Positions 14,761 through 34,664 of a DNA stretch of 64,000 nucleotides are shown piece by piece. The notes beneath the pieces are model-generated. The model ran no database searches. It was not told the DNA's origin and saw only the letters and a program-made list of their open reading frames with translations. The stretch lies in the NCBI RefSeq assembly GCF_009914755.1, contig NC_060942.1. One strand, 5' to 3'. Origin of the DNA: the human T2T-CHM13v2.0 reference genome, Homo sapiens. The translations under genes were made by a program, and so were the position numbers. How positions within the stretch are numbered: position 1 is the first letter of the stretch; each line of letters opens with the position of its first letter.

Positions 14761-17700
14761 ACTTAGTAGATTGAGCAAATCAATAATTTCCATCCAAGAG
14801 TTCCAGTTCAAGGAATCTGTTCTGCAGAAATGCTCACACATAGAGATTGCAGATTGGCCTCCAGAAGAGCTGAATCCATTTGCATGCCCACGGGGGGTGT
14901 CTGAGAGCTCCTCTTGCCCAGTGTCATCCTTGTCAATTCAGAGGGACTGCTCTCTGAGTACTGTAATAAAGACCTGACTTGGATAACATTAATATTCTGT
15001 ATTGTGAGAAAGGAAAAAGGACGATCCTACTTTATACAGATCAGCATTGAGTAACTCACTTACTAAGTAGGTATAGACTCAGCAGCCACAGCTTCTTTCT
15101 GGACCACATTCCCAGGTCACAGAGTTAACATAGCCAGGAAGAAAGAGCACCGCACCGGGAGAGGGAAACTGAGCAGCTGACCCTAGCTCTGTGCCCGCTG
15201 GCAGCATCAGTTCCCTTCTCTGGGGGTCTTCATTTTACTATCTGAAATGAAGGACCCCCCCCAAGCATCTTGGGGTCACAGACCCCTGTAAGAATCTGCG
15301 AGAAGAAATGGCCCTATCTCCCCCACTTCTTGTAGAATTCTGCCCAGTCTTCTCCTTGAGGTTCAGTGGATTTTTGGTGAGAATCTGAGCGAGCGGACAG
15401 CTAAGATTTCTTGAGTCTGAATTATAGTTGGCTGAGTCTACCGTAGTCTCAGTAAGCTTTACCAGACACAATTCATGTATTTCCAACTAATACACCTTTT
15501 AGAAATCACACCTCTTCTTTGATAGGCAGTGTGTGCACATGGTGCGTAGCTGGAAAGGCCATACAGTGAAAACCCACCTCCCTCCCTGCCTGCCTCCCTC
15601 GCAGGAGTCCTTCCTGAGATTGGGAAACAGTTACAAGCATATCTGTGAATTTTTATAGATAAAAAAGATCTTAAAGTTTTACGTATGTAAAATATATACC
15701 TTCTTCAAAGAAGGATATGAAACAACAGTAAAAGACAGGCATAAATGTAGCAGTTTACAACACAGAGTCAACTGTGAGCTCAGCTGTGGCTGAGAATTAA
15801 TTTTAGCTCTGGGTTTCTGGCAACTAAATCCAAAAAAGGAAGCACAGCAGGTGACACAGCTGACATTGTCTCATAAAGGGGAATATATGCTTTTAATATA
15901 TTTAAAAGGGAGCTCTCCCCACCATCCTGAGTGATTCGTATTTATTTTTAATTTGTACTTTGCTTTGCTTTTTAAACTTTGCTTTTTTTTTAGCAAAAAC
16001 TAATATAACCACACTCTTAAAAGTTTAAAACTAGAGTTAAAAAAAAATTCTGTATGTTCATCATCTTAGTGTAATTATTGTCAGCACTGAGGTATTTTTT
16101 TCACCTTTGTTTCTTTTTGCTGACTCTCATTATTGTAATCATGGTATCATTTATATCTTTTTCCATTGAACATTATATTATAAACCATATTTCACATTTA
16201 GTTTCTAAAATCCATAATTTTTAATAGCTCCATAATGTGTAATTAATTCTTTATGCAACTTTATAATGGCCAATAATCAGGAAGCTGTTTCTTTTCAGCT
16301 TTTTGCTCTTAAAAGGAATATTGAACATCTTGATTCACTTAAATTTGTCTGTTTCTGACTTTGATTTCAGAATAGATTCTCAAAAAGCAAAATTACTGGG
16401 TCAAAGAGTGAAGAGATTTAAGCCCTTTTTACACACTTCCAATTGGATTAATGCCACCAGCAGTGTCTGAGAGCGTAGTTTTTGCTGCACTTTTGCCTGA
16501 AATTAAACTTTTCAAAGAAACGTAGCAACTGAATGCTTATTTTATGAGAGACTCAGGGCTTTAAGAACTACTTTATAGGAAATGTAAGAACAGCTCTGAA
16601 TTTGGCCCTTCTATTCTACACTGACGTAAATTGTCAGCGTAAAACAGAGAAACCTGCACACATATCACGCCAGGACTCACGCATAGAGGAGCTGGAAGGC
16701 AGGACATTAAAATGCAACTCAGCGCACGCTGCACTGTTCCCCAGGGGAAGGGTGGTTAGCCGAAACTCATGCCACACCCATTACTGCTTTTTGAGATAAA
16801 ATAGGAAAAAAGTATATAATTCTACATAGTTGAGTAAGTTCACACTCACACTTGTTACACAGGGCTTCATGTACCAGTGGCCGGTTTTATTTCTTAAATG
16901 GGTAGTAGGTGTGTAGAGATTCATATTATTTTTCATATGCTTTTGCATGCCTTAACTCTGTCAAAAAAAAGATATCAGTTGTCTCAAAGGTGTGGTCACG
17001 GAAAAGGCAGCTTTCATGGAGAAGGTTTTCAGCAGGTCATGGCTGTCTGGCCCCGGCCCAGTCTGCCCCAGGCCTGGCAGCAACTGAGGGACCCAACCCA
17101 GTCTGGATGGGTGCCCCGAGGAGGCCTCACCCACCAGCAGTCAACGCAGTGCAGCCAGGACCTGGCCAGGTCTCAAGAGAGAGTCGAAGCCATGAACTGA
17201 TCTTTATGACATGAGTGCATCACAAACTATTGAAGTGGTGAGAAGCTAGTTTCTCACAGCTGCCACTTTAGCAATTGTGAGTTTTCTTTGGTTTATTTGA
17301 ATTGAACATTGGGAGAGTGTAAGGTCTTTCTAGCTGTTGACAAATGGGATCACGAAGATTAAGACAAATTAAGACAGACCTATGGTGCCCATTTAGTTAT
17401 CTAATTGTCCCTGTAAGCCTTCAAAAATGTTAGAAATGACCTTTGGCACATAAAAACTGTCCCCGAAATTGCTTCTTGCATCTTTGCTTCATCTGACTTG
17501 CAACCCTATTCTTGATTCAGAATGTTTTAAGTTTTCAACAGGTTGTACTAACATGATATGTCTTTAATAGGAATTTTAGCAAGTTGACACCATTTTGAGT
17601 TAAGAATTGTGACTTGTTTAAATGAATATGCTTATTTGTTAAAATAACATATTATGGAGAATGGAGAAGTATCCAGAATGTATAAACATTCTATATTGTT

Positions 17701-17901
17701 TAGCTAAATAGTTTTTAAGTCGTTCTCCAGTAAAAGAGGCAGAATTGTCTGTGAACTGGAGATGATCCATCCTCACTGGCTTTATACCATATTGTTTCAG
17801 TTAGAGTTGGTAAATTACAATAAACCAGTGTCATTCCATTTCCAAATAGAGTTTGAAATGATTTAGGAAACACTCACTTACATTAGTAGTGTATACTTTT
17901 A

Positions 17902-18497
<596 letters not shown>

Positions 18498-19767
18498 ACT
18501 TCTGTAATGAATTGCTGGTTGCATAGCAGTCATACCTACTCTATTGTTGGAAAGTTTTGTGGGAAAAGAATGAAGCACCAGAAAGGTAAACGTTCTTCCA
18601 GCCTCTTTCTGTATTTCTAACTTTTTCTTCCAGATTCAGGGCTAGAAGAGGGGGCAGGAGTGCACAGACCCTTGACACTTACTCCATCACCCATTGTGAG
18701 CTCGAAACCAGAGGGGGGACTCAGAGAAAACCCTGGGGACCTGTTGCAGCCCCACTGCCAAAAAGCTTAGAGTTGGCAGCCTCCTGCTAACTGTCTGGAG
18801 TCACTGACTAACATCACACCGTATCAGTACAGAAGATGTTCAGTTCACGACTCCCAAATATTTAACTGGAACATCTGTTGCTATGAGACAGTGGCAAAAT
18901 ATTTTTCAGAAGTCACCAGCTTCCTCCTTTCATCAAGAGCACAGAAAACTTCATGGCTATTCATGCTATAAATATTGAGGAAGCTGGGTAAATGGTGTGA
19001 GCTGCAGAGGGAGTCAAGTTCAGCATCTCCGTCCACTTAGAGCTAGCTCAGGTCTGATTGATTGGGGTTCTATGTTTGCCAAAAGCCACCTACTATTTTC
19101 AGTTGTTGGTTTCTGCTATTGTAATGAAATAGGTCCCAGGCTATTTTGACAGCTGCCCTGGGTCTTTCCTTTGTAAAATGTGACAGTTCTAGCACCGAGT
19201 GTGGACCAGCCCCGAGCTTGTTCCTCCCAATACCTATGTTGTAGTTTTGCCAGGTGCTGCCTGCTAGGTTGGGTGGGGAAGGGGTGGAGAGAAGTTGGTG
19301 GGGGCTTAGGAAGGACGGTGACCATTTTCTCGCCTACTAAGAGAAGGCAGTCAGCTAGGATTCACTGTGCAACACAGCTGGGCAGGAAGAAGAGAATCCC
19401 CTGTTTGTAAGAGAACAGTCACATACTAGATGCTGTCTACGGCTTGTGAAAAACACAAGGAAACAGCCACCTGAGAGTACTAAAGTGGCCAGGCCCACGG
19501 GGTGTGCTGCAAGCACACAGCAGGCATCTGCCTAGCCCGGCCCCTCTGCAGAGCCATAGGGCCTGCCATGCCAGTGACACTGGGCTTTGGACTGCCAAAT
19601 GGGGCAAAGACAATAGGAGAGAAAGGCTGAGCTGATTTCTCAGTGGGACTGAGATGGAGATCTAGGGAGGCTGATGCTGCAGACAAGTGCAAGGGCCCTC
19701 TGTGGTCAGTTTCAGCTGGCCAGTTCTGCTCTCTGGAAACTTCAGTGTTCAATATTTAAATGTGTGG

Positions 19768-21258
<1,491 letters not shown>

Positions 21259-21399
21259 TCCTTTTTTATACTTTAATATTCACTTGATTATCATAAAATA
21301 CATGTTTTAGTTAAAATGTCATAAAGCTAGAAATGAACTCTCTTAGGACCCCATCCTTCAAAGACAACCTGTGCTTTCTTAATTGCATTGTAAATGTTT

Positions 21400-22240
21400 T
21401 AATAAAGTAATTTTTTTTTTCATTTTGCTAGCTAGCTAGGTAAAACATTTTCATGGTTTAGGACTTAAAAGGAACAAAAGGGTATATAGTGAAAAGTTGA
21501 TCTCCTTCCTACCCCAAACTAGTGTTAAGATTCTTGAATGTCCTTTCAGGTATGTTCAGGCAGACACATATATTTACACACATACAATGGAGCCAGCTGT
21601 ATACACTGTTTAGTACCCTAGTGTTCCTCCCTGGCTCCCCAGCAACGTATTTTGAAGATCTTTCCATTTCACAAGTATGGCTGCCTCATTCCTGTTGATG
21701 GCTGATAGTATCCTCTGCAGAGATACCGCCGTGGATTTAACCAGTCTTCAGTTAATAGGTATTTGGGTTGTTCCCCTTTTTATTATTATAAATTGTTCCT
21801 CAGTAAACATTTGTATATATGTCATTTTGCACATGTATGGGTCTATCTAGAAAAACTTATAGAAGTGTAATTGCTGTGTCTAGGGGGATAATTTTGATAG
21901 CTGTAGCTCAGCTGTTCTACAGCCCACTGCCCTTGCTATCTCCAGCAGCTCCCGTGGGAAGTGGCCTTCCCCAAACCCTCAGCAGTGCAACTCAGGTGTT
22001 TGGATCTCTGTCAGTTTCACAGCAGAAAAATAGAATCTCCTTGTTTTAATTTGCGTTTCCCTTATGAGAAGGGTTTAGCATTATTTCCAGTACCTAAGCT
22101 ATTGGAATTTCCTTTCCTGTGAGCTGTATGTTTATAGCCTTTGCCTGTTTTCCTAATGGCTGTTGTTTTTCTTACTGATTTAAGGACTTCTTTAGATATT
22201 GAAGGAGGGTATCCTTTATATGTGATATGAGTTATTAACA
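21400..22240 (-). mobile_element. Old L1M fragment
   Basis: Reverse L1 3'-type text (TTTAATTTGCGTTTCCCTTATGAG; TTTATAGCCTTTGCCTGTTTT). Confidence 0.55.
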
Positions 22241-23019
22241 GTCCAGTACATACATTTTAACATTAAGTTCAGTACACTTAATGAAGAATCACAGAATTTG
22301 TTTTTTCTTGCACTGAACACCTACAGTGTGTAGCACTGATAAATGCTTCATCCCCCCCAAGAGTAGAGCCACTGTGTAAGGCTGCACTTGTTATGTACTG
22401 CAGAAGCCAGGGGTGCCATCAGTAGACCTCATTGTGAGCAGGCCCGTGTCCCAAATTGCATGGGAGCCCCTTGTCCACTAATTAAAGATTGACAAGTGAA
22501 AGGCAGCTTGCTTACCCGATGTAGCACTTGGCAGCTCTCAGAGGCAGCCTTGGTGGTTTCACTGCTTCATAGTTCAGTGCCCCCAGGGTGAGTGCAGCAT
22601 CAGGGATGGACCTGCCCACATGAAACCAGAGAGGCTGGTCTTTGGCAGTGGCTGTGAATTGTTGCCACCAGCCGTGTGTAGACAAAAGTCAAGTTGGAGT
22701 AAGTGGGGAGAGGTCTGTATAATGCAATGCAAGTTTTTATGACTTGAATTAGTTAAATCTGCAGCCCAAAATTTCATGAAAATAAATATTTAAAACATTT
22801 TATTAAAAATTAAATTGACAAAGTCATATTAGAAATTAGTATTTCAATTTTCCCAACTCTAAGTATACTGGAATAAATTGCCTTAAAGTGAAAGAGTGAG
22901 AGTGTATTTAGTAAGTCTTGGTTAAGCCTTTTTGGTTTACATTCAGAAACAAGAAAAGAATGACTGATGTAAAATGTCATGACCTGCAAGTTAGGTCGTT
23001 TCCAATTCTGCTTTCTTCA

Positions 23020-23596
<577 letters not shown>

Positions 23597-24539
23597 GATA
23601 ATAGCTCACTATTTGATTTTTGGGATGTAACTCTGAAGACAATCAAAGAACTGAATGACATTGTAGAACATAATTCATTCCCATTTACATATATCTGTGG
23701 ACAAGATTTCTCATATATGTAAAAATTAAGAGGAATAGAATTGATCCCAAGCCTTGGCCCTTTCTGGCAGTATTTAATATTCACCCTTGGATAAATGAAT
23801 TAATAGGAAAAAAATAGATATAGATAGGTAGATAGATAACATTTAATACTTTGTAATCACAGGAAATTAAAAAGAATCAACTTCAACTGATTGGAATTAT
23901 TTCTGATTTTTAATATATTCTATCAATACATTTAACAGAAGAAGAGTTTTTTAAAGTGATTATATTGTTTCCAGAAATTAAAATTATATCATATGCAACT
24001 ATTTGACTTATGAAAAATAATAGATGTTAACTTTAAAATAAATGAGAGGTATCTAGTATCTAGTTTTTTCAAATGTTCATTAGCCAAGTGTAGTGGCATG
24101 TGCCTGTAGTCCCTGCTACTCAAGAGGTTGAAGTGGGAGAATCACTTAAGCCCAGGAGTTCAAAGCTGCAGTCAGCTAGGGTGGTGCCAGTGTACGCCAC
24201 CCTGGGTGACAGAGCGAGACCTTGTCTCTAAATAAATAAATACAGATGTTCACAGCAATGTATGAAAGCCATTGCATTATATGAAACTCGTAGTGCCCAG
24301 AAAACCAAAAACAAAAATTAGTTCCTCCCACTCCTACGTGCATCTGTTCATATGGACATACAAACCTGTGTAATTTTTACAGCTGGGAAAAAAATGCTTC
24401 TGCTAGTGAAATAATCCATTTTAAAATGAGATAAAATGAAAAATAGGATTTTAAATTTAAGAGCCAATCTTTCAGATTCAATTTTTTTTAGGTAAAGTAA
24501 GATATACATAAGCCTGTCTGGCAAAAATGCACCATTATG

Positions 24540-24833
<294 letters not shown>

Positions 24834-25064
24834 GCACCATTATGCAGAAAACAGACTAGGTCTCTTTCTTGTTACTTGAACTCTGCATAAAATACAGAAG
24901 TCTTTCAGACATATTAAGCTCCTTTTCTCAACTGGCCTGGAAACAATTTGAGGGCAGGAATTACTTCCTGTGCTTAGTATTTAATTATAGGGGCAGAATA
25001 AATAATTGGTTCTGCAAACATTTTGCAACAGTAATTCTGGATGATGAATGAGGGGCTCCATTAA

Positions 25065-25766
<702 letters not shown>

Positions 25767-26033
25767 AGTAACTTATTTTTTTAATGTATACCTTTTGTTC
25801 CCTTTGAATTCTACCATGTGCAAGAATTACCTCTTTAACATGGAACAACCAGGTCAAAATGTATATACATCTTTAAAATTGACCAGTAGCTACTTTGACT
25901 TGCCTAAAAACGTACCAGTGCATCTGCTCAGCTGCACCGTTGGTGGGTGCCTGTTTCCCCGGCCCCTCCCTTTGGCTAACAGCACATCATGGAATCACTT
26001 CACACCCTCCTTGTCGGTGACCAAGCATGGTGA

Positions 26034-27146
<1,113 letters not shown>

Positions 27147-27407
27147 TCGGAATAGAGCCGCCCCAACTCAGATCCTACAACACGCAAGTTCCTTCTTGAA
27201 CCCTGGTGCCTCCTACCCTATGGCCCTGAATGGTGCACTGGTTTAATTGTGTTGGTGTCGGCCCCTCACAAATGCAGCCAAGTCATGTAATTAGTCATCT
27301 GGAACAAAGACTAAAAACAGCAGAGAATTGCGGGTTCTACCCAGTCAGAAGATCACACCATGGAGACTTTCTACTAGAGGACTTGAAAGAGAACTGAGGG
27401 GCCACAA

Positions 27408-27413
27408 AATAAA
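27408..27413 (+). terminator. TUBB6: TUBB6 proximal poly(A) signal candidate
   Basis: AATAAA about 260 nt after the stop codon. Confidence 0.55.
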
Positions 27414-27559
27414 CTTCACCTTCCATTAAGTGTTCAAGCATGTCTGCAAATTAGGAGGGAGTTAGAAACAGTCTTTTTCATCCTTTGTGATGAAGCCTGA
27501 AATTGTGCCGTGTTGCCTTATATGAATATGCAGTATGGGACTTTGAAATAATGATTCAT

Positions 27560-27565
27560 AATAAA
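27560..27565 (+). terminator. TUBB6: TUBB6 distal poly(A) signal
   Basis: AATAAA followed by GT/T-rich sequence. Confidence 0.75.
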
Positions 27566-29094
27566 ATACTAAACGTGTGTCTTCATCTCTCTAGCCATGT
27601 GCATAAATGACGTAAGTTACTTTGTATGGTTACAATGGCTACTTGGGTCACTGGTCTCTCCCTGGGGTGAACTCCTCCCCACTTCAGTTCACGAAAACAA
27701 CAGAGGAAAGGGCTCTTCTTTAAATGGAGGCTTTAAGGGGGGCAGCCAAAACTGTTGCTAGCTGGAAGGCAATGCAGTACAGACAAAAGCCCCTCCTCCA
27801 TCCGCAGCCACCTTTTAGACTCCCACAGGATCTTGCATTTTCCCAAGTCAGGTCCTGGGCTAGGGTTCCCCAACCTTGTAGGGGAACAAACAGCCCCAAA
27901 AGGCCTCCGGACAAAGCCAGGGGTGCTGGGTGGGAGCTGGGGTGCCAACAGCCAGCCCTGCATGGAAGGGATGGGCCCTTTTCTGCTGTGACCCATCACA
28001 CCTGATGGCTTCTACCACCGGCCACACCTTTGGAGTTTCCAAAGATAAACTCCACGGGGCACGCACAGTAGCCCTGCTAGTGCCTGGTACAGACCTCACT
28101 GTTGACAATATTTTTGCTTTACTTCTTCCTGCCCTCTTGAAGCTGTGAACGTGGGACTTGCTCTAGCCATAAGAATGGGCATAGTGTGTCACCCCCGAGT
28201 GGAAGCGTCATGTGCCAGTGCCAGCCCTCCTGCTCTGCCTCCCACGTGGGCAGCCCCCCCGATCCCTCCTGTCCACCCGTCCAGGTTCCTGAGTGACCAT
28301 CCTGGGCAGAGCCCACTCTGACCTGTGTTGGACAGGGAATAAGAGACAGACAAAGCTTTGTCATTCGGGACCACTTAGGGTTAGGGTTCCCCACAGTACA
28401 ACCACAACACCACCCTTGGTCTGTGATCCCAGGCCTTACATTGACTAGCTGTATTTATTTTGTGTTAAGCCCCAGCCTTGGGCAGATGGAAAGTTCATCA
28501 CTAAACACAGCAGCATGGCTTGAGGTGATCACAGATCTTTTTGCAGAAATCTGAACTATTCTGAGACCACAGTAAAAATAAATCTTACCAGCTCACCACC
28601 CACATCTGTCCTGAAAACATGTTCTGTGTGACCGTGGAAAGATCTATGCATGAGCAGGCCCCACAAGATGGTGGCACAGGGAGCCACGGTTGCTCCTAGC
28701 ACAGAGGGCCACTTGCACAGGTTGAGCAGCCATCCAGGGCCCAGAGCTTAAGGTTGCTCACCTCACCAGAAACATGGGTGTTGTCGGTGCTATCTGGCTT
28801 TGTCACTCTTACTGTATCAAGCCTGACAGACAGTGGGCCCCACTCTCGTCCCCCGGGAGGTCTCACAGCCAAGGCCTGTGAGAGGGCAGCCCACGCTGGC
28901 TCCATGCCTTGCAGTGGTTGGATAAGGAGTAGAGAGCGTCTCCTAATCGTCTACTGCCTGTATGGTAAAAAGCACACCCAGCACCCTCACAACTGTGTGA
29001 GCCTCAGCCTGGAAACAATGCTTCATTGGGCACCTCCCAAAAACACCCTATGAGGAAAGGAAGTGGCCAGTGTGGCAATGCCTGCAGGTGCAAA

Positions 29095-29113
29095 GGTCCA
29101 GCAGGGGGCGCCT
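29095..29113 (+). promoter_or_regulatory. CTCF-like motif
   Basis: GGTCCAGCAGGGGGCGCCT matches the CCAGCAGGGGGCGC core consensus. Confidence 0.65.
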
Positions 29114-29987
29114 GTTCTCCTGGCATGCTGAGCTGTGGAGTCCAAACAGCTGCTTCCACGGCCTGCCGGGGACAGGTGGGTATCTCAGGCTGCTGGGAAG
29201 TAGCCATGGGTGGAGCATGCATGGCCTGGGGCCATGGCAGGGATGCCACTAGATTGTGTTAATTCTAAAGCCACTGTTCCGACAACATCAACACCACACA
29301 AGGCAAGCTGGAATAATGCTAAAACAGACTGCTAAAAATGTAAATAGTTAAAAATGCCAGTGTCTCCTCCATGTCCAAATAACAGCAATTGATAGAAGAC
29401 ATAGCAAATCTTCCTCATGCCATCTTTTTTAAGGAATTTTGATATAGGTTTGCAACACTACAGACTCACTTTTCTGGAAGCACATAACCAATAACTCCCT
29501 TTCAATAGACAATAGGAGCAGCTTACCAGTCAGACCACTCCTGAGATGTCCCCAGAGAGCCAGGGCCCAGGGGACTCCAGCTTAGTTCCACTGTTCCTTC
29601 TCTAAAATCCAGGTGACGGCTCAGGTCAGCCTGCCAGGCCCGCTACAGTTATACGTTAACTTCTATACCCAGAAGGTGTGGCCAACATCTGGCCATGACT
29701 GGCCTCTTGAGGACCTGCACTGGGGTGGTTATCACAGATTCAGGCCATGACTAACCCCTCAGGACCCATGTACTTTATATCCAGAGCTCAGTGCATCTTT
29801 ACAGGACACATAACTCTAGAAGGTTCCAACCTCCTGTGGGAGCTAATGAGAACCAGCGAGGCTGAGATTTTGAAGGATTCTCCTCTAAAAAGCAAGAAAA
29901 TTTAATTTCTTGCCATTATGTTTTCTAAAAATATCCAGAGCATAAATAGGGACCCTATGTGTGTTCAGAAAAGTACAGTGTTGACAT

Positions 29988-29993
29988 TTTATT
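29988..29993 (-). terminator. AFG3L2: AFG3L2 poly(A) signal
   Basis: AATAAA on the - strand about 590 nt after the stop codon. Confidence 0.75.
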
Positions 29994-30580
29994 TTTTATG
30001 TAAAGAAGCCATATTTACATAATACATTCATATTTTTAAGTATGTTACAGCTCCTGTAGAAAACCATTCCATTAAGACAGCAACAAGTGATCTGGATTCA
30101 ATCTTTAAAATATTAAGTCAAATTAAAATGTTCTTATCAAGACTCCAATTTAATTTCACAGCCCATCTGCACAGGGGAACTGAGGAGAAACAGGAATGAA
30201 GAGTGGGCGACAAAGAGAAAGCATCCCTTCCCACACGCCAAGAGTCCAGTGCAACGATCCCTGCCACACGGTCAGCCGACCCCACTTGGTGCCACAGGGT
30301 CCAGCCTCGGCCACTCTGGGCTCAACCTTTCCAGCACGTCTGGGAGCCCAATGAGGCTATGGGACAGTGTGCATTTCCCTCAAGGCCTCCGGAAAGTCAC
30401 CTGCCACCCACTGTGACCTCTGAGGCTGAAAGGACTAAGGACTCCTTTCCCCATCATTTCAGCTGGGCCAGTGGCTGGCTAAAATCAGCGCAGCATTCCC
30501 ATTCTTCTGAAAGCCACAGCTGAAATAATGCACCAGCTGAAACCACAGTGGACAGACTGAGATGGCCTCCCTCTGGGCCT

Positions 30581-30817
<237 letters not shown>

Positions 30818-31068
30818 TCATTAAATACAGTTACTCAGCAAAGTCTATTCAGAAATATTAATTTTTTATTTACAGGTGACCCCATTCCAAAAAAGGATTT
30901 AAGACCAATGAAAAAGATGTCTCATACATAAGGTTGCATAGTTTTAGAGTAAGATGTGCAAAATATCAAAGCAACCAATGTCCATCTGTAAGGGATACAT
31001 TTCCATACTAGACATATTTCCACACATCTGCACAATGAATGCTGACCATCTATAATGAGGAGGAAGCT

Positions 31069-31810
<742 letters not shown>

Positions 31811-31819
31811 CAGACTAGG

Positions 31820-32520
31820 CAGGAGCCATCAGCTTAGGGCTTTTTCTGTACCCAGAACCCATCCATACACAAACTGGAACTTAACCTAGAGGCATTCTTT
31901 GTAACTAACTTCAAATTAAGCTTCTACCAATCATAAACAGCCAACCAGCCAACTGTGGCAGAACTTGGGACCATGCATTGGACCACACAAATAAGGCAAA
32001 TGCCCAGCAGTAGCCAATCAAGCAGTCATGCACCGCTAAGAGCAGTCATGCACTGCTAACAACGTTTCAGTCAATGATGGGCCACATGTAGATGGTGGTC
32101 CCGTAAGATTATAATACCTTATTTTAACTGTACCTTTTCTATGTTTAGATGTGTTTAGATACCATTGTGTTACAATGGCCTGAAGCATTCAGTACAGTCA
32201 CATGCGAGCAGGTATGCAGCCTAGGAGCAATAGGCCACACCACACAGCCTAGGTGTGCGGCAGGTGTAGCGCACTCTGATGCCTGCACGACGACAAAATC
32301 AACTAACAGCAAACTCCTCAGACCGTATCCCCATCATTAAGCAACACATGACTGCAGTTTCTTTCTTTGCTTCTAGGCTCAGCCTACAAAAGCTTGCTGC
32401 TCATGCTGCCGGAGCAGAGCTCTGAACTTCTAATTCTGAGGGCTGCCCGATTCCCAAACTGTTCTTTGCTCAAATAAACTTATCTGTTAAATTTACTTTG
32501 TCTAAAGTTTCTTTTAAACG
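31820..32520 (+). mobile_element. MER57-like ERV1 LTR interrupted by Tigger3a/MER7 (32043-32354)
   Basis: LTR-type end TTCTTTGCTCAAATAAAC...GTCTAAAGTTTCTTTTAA; inserted element with CAGTCATG...CATGACTG TIRs. Confidence 0.7.
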
Positions 32521-32537
32521 GTACATAAAAAATATAT

Positions 32538-33375
<838 letters not shown>

Positions 33376-33870
33376 AGACTTATTTCTTGAGATAACTCCT
33401 TACTCTGAAATTTAATCTATTTGTAGTTTGCAATAAATGTTATGTTTTTAAAGATATAAAATTATGAAAGTTTTGTCTTTTCAGTTTTTAAAAATTTTAT
33501 TATAAAATGCTTCAAATAGGTACAAAAGTGGAAAGAATGGATAATCCCCATGTAACCACTATCAACAGTGATCAATTTAGAAACATTCTTGTTTCAGCTC
33601 TCTAGATTATTTTTAAGAAAATCCCAGATGTCATATCATTTTATCCATATATATATATATTTTTTTGTCTATATCTCTAAAAGATTAGGATTGTTTAGAA
33701 AACCAGAATACTATAATGCTCTGATTTTAAAAATATATTGTCTGCATATACGTAAGGGAAAAAAGCTTTAGGATTCATTCTTAGGCCATTTTTAATTCTC
33801 AATTTGCTTATACACACACACACACACACCATAGTTGTGCATGATCACTTACATTTCAATAATTTAATCC

Positions 33871-34346
33871 AATATATAAAAAATATATATTATATATAAC
33901 ATATACTATATAATATATAATATATATTATATATAACATATACTATATAATATATAATATATTATATACTATAATATATTATATATTATATAAATATATT
34001 ATATAAATTATATATAATATAAAATATATTAATAATATATAAAAATATATAATCTATTATATAACTATATAATAGATTATAATCTATTATATAACTATTA
34101 TATAATAGATTATATATAATATATATAATATATAATAATCTAATATATATAATAGATAATATAATAAATAATATATATAATAATCTAATATATAATCTAT
34201 TATATAAATATATGATATATAATTATATAAATATATAGATTATATATTATAAATATAGATTATATATAATATATAAATATATATTATATATTATAAATAT
34301 ATAATATATAAAATTATATATATAATATATAATTATATATATATAT
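33871..34346. repeat. AT-rich (TA)n-like low-complexity tract
   Basis: About 475 bp almost devoid of G/C, abutting the tail end of a - strand Alu (~34352-34644). Confidence 0.95.
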
Positions 34347-34511
34347 TTTCCCCCCCTGAAACAGGGTCTCACTTGTCACCCAGGCTGGAATGCAGTGACG
34401 TGATCACAGCTCACTGTAGCCTCTAGCCTCAACTTCCTGGGCTCAGGTGATCCTCCCATCTCAGCCTCCAAGTAGCTGGGACTACAGATGCACACCACCA
34501 TGCCGGGCTAA

Positions 34512-34664
<153 letters not shown>

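Noticed and set aside
28661-28680. Second CTCF-like word CCACAAGATGGTGGC
   Set aside because: Several mismatches to the core; too weak to call from sequence alone.
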